Program-made: the position numbers and the translations under genes
Part shown: piece by piece, positions 1 to 11,400 of the stretch
Numbering within the stretch: position 1 is the stretch's first letter
Layout: each line of letters begins with the position of its first letter
NCBI GenBank assembly: GCA_001643675.2
Contig: LSRY02000030.1
Coordinates: forward strand, 1,142,724-1,206,723
Source: Monocercomonoides exilis PA203
Lineage: Eukaryota; Protista; Preaxostyla
Direction of reading: 5' to 3'
DNA: 64,000 bases
The notes under the pieces: generated by a model
The model's input: the letters and a program-made list of their open reading frames with translations, nothing else
Databases searched by the model: none
What the model was told of the DNA's origin: nothing

Positions 1-257
1 TAAGTTTTAACTATTTTTTTTCTTTAAGAAGTAAAGTTCACCCTTATGTAAATAGAATAACCTTTTCTTCTTACGAATGATTTTTTCTTTTTATTCAAAA
101 TAAAAAGTTTATCGAAAATTCTTAAAAATTAGATTTTTTTTTGAAAAAGAATTGTCTTATTACAAAGATTGTTTATTCAAGAGAAGATTAATTGACTTTC
201 TCTAAATTAGAATTCCATATTATTCTCTTTCTTCACTTTTTTCTTTTTCTTTCTTTC

Positions 258-302
<45 letters not shown>

Positions 303-395
303 AATTATTGGCAACCTGTTTTTTTGTTGTTAATTTGTTGGAGAAAATTTTTGAAAACAAAACTTATTTCGGTGTGTTGATTCTTTGATTCTTTC

Positions 396-661
396 ATATG
401 GATGATTATTTTAAAAGTTAAATTTTTTATCTACCAAAATATTCGGTTTTAAAATTTGTGATGAATATTCACAAATGAACTCTGAAAAGTGAGAGATCTA
501 TTTTGTGACGCCTCTAATATTTTTTCAAATCAAACTTTGTCTTTTTAAACGATAGATAAACATTCAAATATTGAAAGAAAATTATTAAGCAAATGATAAT
601 GAATTTTCATTATAACAAACACACCAAAAAAAGTTATGTTTTCAAAAATAATCACCCATAT
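396..661. mobile_element. MITE, ATATGG-terminus family
   Basis: Left end ATATGGATGATTATTTTAAAAG is an imperfect inverted repeat of right end TTTTCAAAAATAATCACCCATAT; non-coding; termini resemble those at 23086, 40997 and 44916. Confidence 0.55.
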
Positions 662-819
662 CTGTGGAGAGGAAAAAAATTTTTTTGTAAGAAAAGTGAA
701 TCACAATTGTTTTGAAAGACAACTAAAGAGATGATCTCATGACAAAGTTGTTTTCAATTGAAACTGTTTCTTATCAGTGTCAATTAATCCATATTCATTG
801 TCTATTTTTTTTAAAAAAA

Positions 820-1091
820 ATGGGGCAAAATATTTTTCTTCAGGCATTTTCATTGAAAAATTATGCACTTTAAATTGAATTTTGTGATTCAGAAAAACAC
901 AATAAATATCAGTTCATTTTTTGACATTCGAAAAATGTTGGAAAACAATATGTTTTGATTTCTCCGATGCCTGTTTACGGATGTGAAAATCAAATTTATT
1001 TCAAAATCTGATAAAGTTATATAATGTTTGAGAGATGCAGTTTTTTTATGCTTTGTGCATAAAAAGCTTGAAAGCCCATATTTTCCCCCAT
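820..1091. mobile_element. MITE-like dispersed repeat (~270 bp), homologous to 43490-43763
   Basis: Termini ATGGGGCAAAATAT / ATATTTTCCCCCAT; interior aligns by eye with the second copy (GCATTTTCAT.GAA.A.TTATGCACTTT, CCTGTTT.CGGAT.TGAAAAT.AAAT). Confidence 0.7.
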
Positions 1092-1772
1092 ATTTCGATT
1101 GTGAAGATTTGTTTTGAATATTGATCCTTTATGACAATGTTAATCGTTCAAGTTTTTTTTAAAAAAATGAATGATGAAAATTGATATCAAACATATTCTG
1201 AAAGAATTTTATGTTCGATTAATTCCCTTTAGTTTGATAAACGTATACGAAGAAGTGACTTCCCTATTTCTTGTTGATTTTATTGTCAGTTAATCTCACT
1301 TTTAACCCATGAAAACTGTTGTTTTGATTTTTAATTTAGACAAAATCTTTTTGTTTCAGAGATATATTTATTTGTCTATAAACACCCAGAAAAAAGAAAT
1401 GATTTCAAAAATAAATCAAATATTGAGATTCAAATAGTTATTTTCCCCTGTTTAACTATTCGAATAATTGAATAATAATATAATAAACAAAGCAAGCAAA
1501 CAAGTGAACAAACAAACAAACAAACACGCTAGCAAATAATTAATCAATAAAAAATGAGAGAAAGAGAAAGAAAGAGAGAGAGAGAGAAGGAAAGAGAAAG
1601 AAAGAGAAAGAAAAAGAGAAAGAGAAAGAGAAAGAGATAAAAGTGTATTTTTGAATGCAGAATTTATAAGAGAATATTATTCTTTATTATATCTTTCAAA
1701 ATGACAAACATTTACGACTCAGATTCAAAAAAAATCAGTTCTCAATTTTCAGTTCATTTTTTCACTCAATTA

Positions 1773-2222
1773 CAGTCTAATCCGGATATAATCACGTCGA
1801 ATATAATCACATTCGAATATCGTCACATTTTTCGATGCACCGACATTTTTTGCTTGTTTTTCATTCATTTTTCATCGCATATAATCACAGGGATGAAAAT
1901 ATATAATCACATTTTTAATTATAATGGGTGACTTTTTCAATGAAAAATCGATTTTTTGATCAAAATTTTCAAAATTTCGCTTTTTCAAAAATGTGCTCAA
2001 AAAAGTCAAAAAAATGTGTATTCATGATATAAATTGATCAAGCTAGTGAAAAAAGTGTATTTGTGTTGAATTTCCAAAAATAAAAAATTCGACCCAAAAT
2101 TCATTATTTCAAAAATTGATTTTTATTTTTTTCTGTGTTGAGCATCATCGTATATAATCACAATCGGATATAGTCACAAAAAGTTGTGCAAAAACCGATG
2201 TGATTATATCCGGTTTAGACTG
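1773..2222. mobile_element. Tc1/mariner(pogo)-type non-autonomous element
   Basis: 27-bp TIRs CAGTCTAATCCGGATATAATCACGTCG / CGATGTGATTATATCCGGTTTAGACTG (2 mismatches), TA on both flanks, internal repeats of ATATAATCAC. Confidence 0.85.
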
Positions 2223-2635
2223 TATTTGCAAACAAGTTGGATGTCTAATTAACTGAATTCTTTTGACGAATGCGTGTAAAGTTTTCTTATTTGATACAAA
2301 GAAATTAAATTTTTATTGCAAAAAAATTCATTCACATATCAGATTTACTGCATTTTCTTTTCTGAAACTTATTCTAATTATGACCATTGAATGATAAAAA
2401 TAAAAAAAAAAAGATTTAAAAAATAATAAATGAAAGAGCAATTTTTAATTTGAAATTGATACAATTAATTATATAAATGAATTATTTTTCTCGAAATTGA
2501 ATTATTTTTTAGTTTACAAAATTTCAAAAAAACAAAAAATTTAACGTAAAGAAGCAAATAATAAAATGATTAATGAAAAAATTTGAAAAATTATAACAAA
2601 AAATTTTTTTATTTTTTATTTTTTATTTTGATGTT

Positions 2636-5191
2636 CTAATTCTTATTTGAAGAAACAGGTGCGAGCGTTACATTAAAAGAGCTTCCGCGAAGAGAAGAAA
2701 GCGAGAAAGTCATCGGCTGAGTCAAAGGATTTGCCTTCTTTTTACGAAATGTGTTTGAAGATCTGTTGAAAGACGATGAACAATCATAATGATGAGAAGA
2801 ATGTCCAGGAGGATGCACAGAACTTGTTTCAATTTGATGCAATTGAGAAGAATCAGTTGAGGAGCAGGGATTTTGAATAGAGGAAAAACAGCTGTTGAAA
2901 TCAGTCTGTTCAGAGCATGGAACAAAAGACGATGCAAATGGAAATCCAGGAGGAGGGCAAGAAAGTGGAGCATTGTCAAATTGAAATGGATCAGAATTAT
3001 AAAAGTTAAACGATGGACATTCTGACTGCAAAGAAGCAGATGATGAAAAGGATGCATCAGGATAGGATTGAAATTGGGAAGGTTGACTAATTTCAGCTGA
3101 GGAGCAGTCAGCAGGAAAAAGAGATATGTCCTCTGATTCCCAAAAATTAGTTGAAAAATCATTTGAATGAAGCAGTTGCAAAGAAAATGTAGGTTCAAAA
3201 AATTGTGAATGGACAGTTTCTTCCTTTGGAGAAGACAAATATGTGTTTTGAGCAGATAGACGATCAGATGATGGCTGCAATGCAGAATGTGGAATGTCTA
3301 ATATTTGATGCCCTTCAATGGCAGGCAGAGTTTGGCATTCATCTGATTCGACGAGTGGTTGAGGGAAGCAATTGATGTTTGTACCGACAAAAGGGAATGA
3401 CGAAGGAGCGATGAAAGAAGAAAGATCAGATTCAAACATCATCTCATTCGAATCAAAAGATGTAGAAAAAAAATTAGGAGGAAGAGGAAGAGGAGGAGGA
3501 GTTGATAATGATGAAGGGCAAAAGCATTTATCTTTCAGCTCTTGTTTCAAGTTCTTCAGCAACCTTTTCTTTTTCTTCTCTTCTCTTATTGTCTCATAAT
3601 AATTGAATTTTTCTTTTTCTGAAAATTCCTTCCTCTTCTCACTTTCCACAAGCTTTCTCTCTTTCTTTTTGATTTTTTCCTGAAGTCTTTCAATTTCACC
3701 AGTTCTGTCTTCCGCTTCTTCTTCTTCTTCTCCTCCTTCTCTTCTTCCTTCTCCCTCCAAACGCCTCAGTATCTCCTTCATTTCTTCCAACGTCGCCTTC
3801 TTTCTTTTGCGGTGTGCCCATTCCTCTTCTTTCTTCTCCGCTTTCTCAACCAATCGTCTGCGCTCCGCTTCCCAAAGCATCTTTTCCTCTGCGCTGAAGA
3901 AAGAGAATTTATCTACCCATTTCCCGTAAAGTCTGAAGAACTTCTTCGCTTCCTTCAGCTGATCCCGCGTCAAACGTATTCTCTGCTTCAGAAGAGCAGA
4001 ATCTGAACTTTGAATGTCTTGAGTGACCTGCGCGTGATAATCAATGTCATTAATTGTATCACATCCTTCGTCAATCTCTTCATTGTCATTCATGTGCTCC
4101 TCTTCCATCATTTGCATTTGAGTGAGCTTTGTCAAAAACTCTTCGTCTTCTCTTCGCCATTTGACAGCCATTGCAATCTGCCCTCTCATCGAATAGTCAG
4201 ATTCTCTTCTTCCGTCTCTCTCGACTTCCACGTCAATCGCCAGTTTCGCACGATCCTTTTCGGTGGGCTCCCAATCGCATATCATTTGAATGAAGTCTGC
4301 TTCTTCTTCATCTTCAGCAACATCCTCTTTCTTTTCTTGTTTCTTCATTATATCATCTTCCGAATCAGCAAAAGAAGTAAAATACGATGCAGAATTTCCG
4401 ATGCTTATTGTATTCTTTTCTGAAAAAATTGGGATATTTTCGAATTTGTCTTCAAAATCTCCAAGAGATGAATGTCTAAGAATGCAGTCATCCTTATTTG
4501 ACATCTGACTAAACTTTGGCTCTCTTGAATCATTCACATGCAAATTTTTCTTTGACAACTCATTTGAAACTTTCTTTTTCATCTCCGAAAAGAAATTAAA
4601 TCCTAAAATTGTATCAGTATCGTTTGAATCTGGTTTATTCATCCTCTCTTTATGATCAACAAATGAACAGACTTTTTGATTATGCAGCATAGACTCTTCA
4701 CTTTCTTGTTCTTTGGAGTTAACAACTTCCGTATCTAATTTTATGAGTTGCAACTGATTCGTAGACTCGAATTCTGTTGCCTTTTTATAATTGGAATGCG
4801 AATTAAGCTTTGCTTGACCATGAGAAGAAAATGGCAGATCAGATTTTTCACTCGAAAAAGTCTTACAAATTAATTCATTTTCAGATTCTGTACAAACGCC
4901 ACAATTTTGTGATTTGCTTAAAAGTGATTTGTGCGATAAAGTTGTTGGTAAGATTAATGTATTGCATGAAGAATGATTGTCAATATTTCCATCCTTTTTG
5001 ACTGGCTCAATATGATGAATGTGATCGTTTTGCACTTCCTTTTCAAAATAAAATGGCAAAGACTGCCGAGATGTTAATTCTTTGTACAAACCCTGAGATG
5101 ATTGATAAAACGAGCTTGACAAAAAAGATGAAGAAACATTAACATTTCCAGAACTTGAATATGCACTTCTGCGTAAACAACTTGAAATCAT
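2636..5191 (-). CDS. Hypothetical protein with charged coiled-coil middle and Ser/Pro/Phe-rich C-terminus
   Basis: ~850-codon open frame; first ATG at 5191 (the ORF track start at 5239 is TTG); no recognisable domain; divergent from the gene starting at 5452. Confidence 0.7.
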   Translation of the reverse strand: MISSCLRRSAYSSSGNVNVSSSFLSSSFYQSSQGLYKELTSRQSLPFYFEKEVQNDHIHHIEPVKKDGNIDNHSSCNTLILPTTLSHKSLLSKSQNCGVCTESENELICKTFSSEKSDLPFSSHGQAKLNSHSNYKKATEFESTNQLQLIKLDTEVVNSKEQESEESMLHNQKVCSFVDHKERMNKPDSNDTDTILGFNFFSEMKKKVSNELSKKNLHVNDSREPKFSQMSNKDDCILRHSSLGDFEDKFENIPIFSEKNTISIGNSASYFTSFADSEDDIMKKQEKKEDVAEDEEEADFIQMICDWEPTEKDRAKLAIDVEVERDGRRESDYSMRGQIAMAVKWRREDEEFLTKLTQMQMMEEEHMNDNEEIDEGCDTINDIDYHAQVTQDIQSSDSALLKQRIRLTRDQLKEAKKFFRLYGKWVDKFSFFSAEEKMLWEAERRRLVEKAEKKEEEWAHRKRKKATLEEMKEILRRLEGEGRREGGEEEEEAEDRTGEIERLQEKIKKKERKLVESEKRKEFSEKEKFNYYETIREEKKKKRLLKNLKQELKDKCFCPSSLSTPPPLPLPPNFFSTSFDSNEMMFESDLSSFIAPSSFPFVGTNINCFPQPLVESDECQTLPAIEGHQILDIPHSALQPSSDRLSAQNTYLSSPKEETVHSQFFEPTFSLQLLHSNDFSTNFWESEDISLFPADCSSAEISQPSQFQSYPDASFSSSASLQSECPSFNFYNSDPFQFDNAPLSCPPPGFPFASSFVPCSEQTDFNSCFSSIQNPCSSTDSSQLHQIETSSVHPPGHSSHHYDCSSSFNRSSNTFRKKKANPLTQPMTFSLSSLRGSSFNVTLAPVSSNKN

Positions 5192-5451
5192 TGCGTAATT
5201 CTTATTGCTGCACTGCTCAATGATGAATATATTCCTCAAAAATCTATTTATTGATATGCTTTTCAGGATAAAGTGCAGTTGCGATTTAAGTTTGAAACTT
5301 CACCTCAATTTTGCTTGTAACAAATATAATCTTCTATTGAAGTTTCAAAAAATTTCCTTTTTAAAAAGTCAAGAAACGATAATTGAGTTAAAATATTAAG
5401 AATTGTTTCAAATAATTTTATTATACATTATATGATCATTTAATAAAACTG

Positions 5452-8400
5452 ATGGATCAAGTGGACGAAGAACAGAGGTCTGTTAGTCGTTCAACAACAA
5501 GCTCTGCATCTACCAGAGGAACAGTCTCTGTTGTGAGATTTAGTGGATTTGATCAATGGTTTGGATTTATTTTGTAAATGCCTCTCAGATTTTATTTTCT
5601 TTTTGTGAAGGATATATTCAAGTTTTTATCCTTTTCACAGGGTATGCTTTTAGCATTTTTTATTATTCGTTAAAAACTTTTATTTTATAGGAAAAAAGGG
5701 CAGATAATGCCTTTCAAATATTGACAATTATTGTAATTGCACTTCAACTTGTAGGCATTTCTTTTCGAACTAATTTCTGGCCTATTTTTGGAGATGCAAG
5801 AATGTACTGCCATGACTTTTTTGCGTATGCTATTATTTTGTTTGTATCAACAAAATAAACACTTTTTCAATCAAAAAAATAGTTATCTTGATTTTTCTAT
5901 ATGTTGGAGTAGCGAAACATTTCATCTTGTTATGTTCATTCTCGTTACTGTACCATTTGTTATTACCATAATCGGCTATGGAATAATTACTTTGATATCA
6001 AAAAAAGAAGGATTGATTGCTCAATGGTTCTGCAGATTAATTTATTTATTCGCCAATCTCGAAACAACAATTTTTTACATCCCTACAATCAACGTTTATT
6101 TTGGTCAATATTCGTGTTTATTTGGTGATGATGCATTGACATGCAACGATGCATCTCACATTACGCTATTAATTTTTTCAAGTCTTTTTGGAGTTATTTT
6201 TGTCTCATTCGGTATTTTCTTTCGAACGTTTATGTTTGACTATGCATTAAACACAAAGAATTATTTTGCAACAATCACTGGGATGGTGTATCTTCTGGCA
6301 CAGGTGATGATTACCATCATGTCTATCAGCACGTCAGTTATCCACACGATTACTCAGAAGATCCCCGCTGTTAATTCAGCGATATGTGTTTTCTGCATAT
6401 TCATATTTGAGGCGTACGTGTATGTGTGGCAGCCCTACTTCAAGCCGATGGGCAATGCGCTCTACATGTCCATCATGGGCGTGGCAATGGTGGTGTTTCT
6501 CTTCTCCTTTGTGGTTGATGCCGTGTTTGGGGAGATCACACTGAATACAACAGTCAGCCAGCTGAACGGCGGCATCGGAGCGATGGTTGGCGTGTGGGTT
6601 GCGCTTGTTGTTCTGATGGTTGCTGTTGGGCTGCTGCTATTCTGGCTGACAATGCGGAAGAGCAAGAACGAGTGGGCGATGAGAGAAGGAGAAGCCATCC
6701 CGATTCTGCACGGAAAGACAGACGACTTTACTGTTCTGTCAGACACCAACATGAAGATGTACGAGAAGAAGACAGCAGCATTGGCACTTGCAGGCATCGG
6801 AGGAGGAGGAGGAGGAGGAGGAGGAGGAGGAGGAGGAGGAGTAAGTGCTGGAGGAGGAGGAATAGCTGGCACGACTGGAATGGCAGGCGCATTCACAGCA
6901 CTTTATTCATCTCCTCGTAATGTGCCCAGAAAAGGAGAGAAAAGCGGAGAGAAAGCAAACACCACCTTTGACGTGCCTTTGTCCTCGACGGCACTCCAAT
7001 CGCAGTTAAAAAAGCTGCCTCTGACGATTTCAGTTGGCAGTCAGCATTCTTCCTATCCAAATGAACAGGCAAACACTCACCCACTCGCAGAGGCAGGCGA
7101 ATGCGATGGCAATTCAGACACGCCTCTTCAGTCGTCCTTCCGCCGCACAAGTTCTGCCTTCCACCTCTCTTCCTTTGAGCCCCCTGTCACTCCAATGCCG
7201 CCCATCGCCCCGCTCCCTCTCGCAACGCCTTCGTCTGTCATTTCTGCCCCTTTCGCGGCCTCAAACACGCTTTCTGCTCGTTCTGCTTCTCCTCCCATTC
7301 AGCCATTCAACACAACTGCAACGGCAGCCTCAGCTCTTCCATCGGCTTCTTCTCCTTCTGCTTCATCATCATCATCATCATCATCGTCGTCGTCGTCTTC
7401 TTCTTCTTCTTCTGTCATTTCAGCCATTTCGCCTGGTTTCCAACGATCCATCAACTCTTCTGTTTCATCACAGCCATCTTCCTCTCTTTCCACATCAATC
7501 ACTGCACCATTGAATACATCATCATCATCATCTTCTTCTTCCTCTTCCTCTTCCTCTTCTTCCCTCAATCATTCTTCATTTCCCCCACAAATCTCTTCGG
7601 TACAAACAAAACAGACTCAACTTTCCTCTCCAAAAGTGCCTCTTTCTCCTCAACAGCAACAGCAGCCAAATGAGCAGAAAATAAAAAATTCCAATTCGCA
7701 GTCGAAACTGAGGCAGACATCGAACAAGATGAACATCACAGCCAGCCCACGCAATGCAATAAAGCAGAATGAACATCCAACACAAACACAAAATGGAATG
7801 ACAAACATGCCAAATGCATCTGGAGTGTCTGGTGTGTCTAACATAACCACATCTCAACTGTCCCACAGATATCCCCCTTCTTCCTCGTATGTTCAAGGGA
7901 TACGCACACAAAACCAACCTGGTCTGACTCCGCGTTCAGGCGAAGTTCTGCCTGCCTCTTCGACCACAACAGCTGCTGGCGTCTCTGTTAACTCTTCTTT
8001 GATGGCCTCCTCTTCTCCTTTGAATGCGCAGAGGACATTCACACCACGTGTGCCCAATCCGCTCACACCTTCAATCACTTGCCCTACTCCTTCATACGGC
8101 CAGCCTGCTTTTCCTTTTTCTGCTTCTTCTTCCTCATCGTCATCTTCCTCCTCCTCTTCTCCTTCGTCTCTACCTCTCCCATCTGGTGCTGATTCAATCT
8201 CTCATTTCTCTTCCACATTCGACCAGCAATCTTCTTCACACCCAAAAAAGTGCACATCTCCTTCTCTCTTCCCCAAATCCCGCTCTCCTCTCCCACCTCG
8301 CCAGCTGCCCCGCTACATCACCTCCTCTCAAGTGGAACACTCCCTCCGCTTTTTGTCATGCAGACACCTCGCAAAGAACAGAGAAGTGCTCGCCTTTGCA

Positions 8401-11400
8401 GAGAAGCTCATCCGCCACGGCACAAAAAGATTTCCAGACTCGACCGACCTCTGGCTGATAGCAGCGCTTGTTCATCACTACTTCACAGGGAACACATACA
8501 AATGTGCAGACAACCTGCGGAGTGCCAGGCAGTGCATCCCATACATTGTGCAGAGGTGGGTGGTGTATTCGATGATGCAGGATTTGGAGAGGAGAGGGAT
8601 GGACGGCGCTGCCAATGCCACCACAACCACATCCAGCTCCACCGGAAGGGTGTACGGGGTGAGTGGGAGTGGGAGTGGGAGTGGAGGGAGTGGGCTGTGG
8701 AACTCGCTGGCGAGCTCGCGGAGTCACCACGCGTCGACTGATGATCTGGCGCATCTGGCAGGGATAAGCGAGGAAGGATCGTCACTCGACGGGGGTGGGA
8801 TGTCGATGCAGGCGTCTGTCTCTCTGAAGATGTCACTGGCGAATGCACACAAACACTACGAGATCTCAAAGGCCTTTCTGAAGCAGACGTACCAGCTGTG
8901 TCTGAAGGAGGTGTTCGACCTCAACCGCGTCATGCGCTTTCTCGACAAGGCAATCAAATACGAGCTGCTTGCACACAACGAGCTGACTAAATTGCTAGCC
9001 ACTCATCCTGACTCCACTCAGGTGCTGAGGACACTGGGGGTGCTTTTGAGGGACATCGATAGAGACGACGAAACAGCACAGGCGCTGTTCATTCAGGCGA
9101 ATCAGTTGGAAGAGGAGACTTTGTTTGGGAACACGGAAACAAACTCATTTGATATGCAGTCATTGCACAGTGAGATACATGGAGGAGTTGGAGGAATAGG
9201 TGGAGGGATGGGAGGTGGAGGAGGAGGGAATGGGAAGAATGACTATTCAAGAGTGTCGCAGCAGTCGCAAGGGGCAGGGCAGAAGGGAGGGCAGCAGAAT
9301 GCGGTGGATTCAAGGGCAAATGTGCTGCTGCTGAAGAAGAAGGCAGAAAAGAGAAAGAATAAACACAAAAAACATGGGGCGAAGAGAGCAGATGGGATGA
9401 GTACGATTTTGGAGAACGACAGTCTCAACAAGAAAGTGCTAGCACATTTTCTGCAGCTTCTGATAGCGATGATGCTGATCATGCTGCTGGCGTGGACGCT
9501 GACGTTTGTGATGTGCATTGAGCGTTTCACTCAATCTTCGCTCACTCTGAACTTCGTGGCGTGTGCAGGAGACTTAACATCCTTTATGAACATTGCGTAT
9601 CTGAACTATCGCTACTACCTCCTCATCGACAACCCTCTGATCGACAAGAGCGGAGTGAAGTTTGTTCCTTCTGTCGATTTGATCTGCAAAAGACTGCAAT
9701 ATTTCCAGAAGCTGATCTGCTCGCGGCTGGAGGAGATGTACGGACTGACTACAAACCAGAACGAGTTCGAAGCTTTGGAGCTTTCAACAGCAAATGTCAT
9801 CTTCTGGCTGGACGATGGCTCTGTCCCGGCAGGTGAGCTGCCTGTTCGGTGGATGCTGCCGATCAGCTCGATGGAGCTGTTGACGTCGCTTCTGAACATC
9901 ATCAACGACCAGTGGATCTTCCACGACCTGGCTGACCCCTACTACCCGAGCAACTGTCTCTATGTCTCCTCCAATCTGCCCATTCTGATGACAGAGCAGC
10001 TGAAGTCTGTTGCGCTGCTGGGCTCAGCAAATGCACGGAACACGACGACACTGCTGAAGACGATCAATATTGTGGCTGGGCTGAGTGTGACACTGCTGAC
10101 AGGGCTAGTGGCGACTATGCAATATGTGGTGACGATCAAGAGGCTGAAGAAATCGCGAAGAGAAGTGTTTCTGTCGTTTGTGACGGCATCGAAGAAGTCC
10201 ATTGCGAAAGTGAAGAAGCGGCTGGATGATGCAGACAGAGACCAGCTGGACACAGAAACAACATTCTCTTCGCTGACAGGCACAAACACAAACACAAACA
10301 CAAACACGAACACGAACACCCACCACTCAACTGAAGTGACGTCGATGCATGAGAAGTCAGACTCCGGACTGCATGCACAGAGACACATGCAGCGAAAGCT
10401 GAGGAACGGTGTTGTGGACACGAGTGCCAATCCAGTGGAGTTTGTGAGTGTGAGTGGCAGCGACGAGACAGAGGCACTTTTCGATGGAGAAGACGGTAGA
10501 GACGGGAGAGAAGATGGAAGAGACGAAGGAAACAGCACAGAAAGCGAGGCTGAAATGGGCTTTGGGTCATATCGCTCACAATCGCAGACAATGTCACAGA
10601 CACTCAGCCAACCTCTTTCGACGAATTCGCGTGGGGCACTTGGAAAGTACAATAACAGTGACAATAATATCAATAACAACAACAACAATAACAATATGAA
10701 TGATCACAGTTCATCGCATCTGACAGACAATTCACAGAATTGTGCTTTGGACAAGTCAGAAACATTGACAGCAGGTGAGATGATGTCGCCAACATCAGAA
10801 GGATATCTGCAGATGGGAGTGTATGAAGAGCGAGGGCTGGCTGGAGAGGAGGAAGAGGAGGAGAAGAAGATGCAGTCGCCATTGGCATTTCCTGGCTTTG
10901 AGGAAGAGATACTGATGAAGAGAGGGCGAAAGGGAAGCAAAGGAGTGCATGCGAATGGAGGAAGATACTCTGCTTCTGGTGATGATATTGATGCTGATGG
11001 AGATATTGATAGGCAGATGGGACAAGATGGAAGAATGAAACAAGGTGGATATTCCTATCAGCACAGCGATGGACAGCAGAAGGGGAAGATTGAAGGAGAT
11101 TTGAGTGAAGAAGAGAAAAGAAGATGGTTGACGATGCGGTCAGAGATGAACGAGGAGATGTTGGGAGGAGAAAGAAGTGAGATGGGGAATGGTTATGAGA
11201 GAGAAAGAGAAAGAGAAGAGGAAGATGAGCAGAAGATGGAGAAGATGGAGCTGTGTTTGATGAGAGAGAATGATGAGTATGAAATGTCGATTGCAAACAG
11301 CCAGAAAAGAATGTGCAAAATGGAATTTGACAGAGCTGTCAAAATGAATGAGAAATTGAGGCAGATGCTGCTGGCAGAGGAGGAAGAGGAAAAAGCGATG

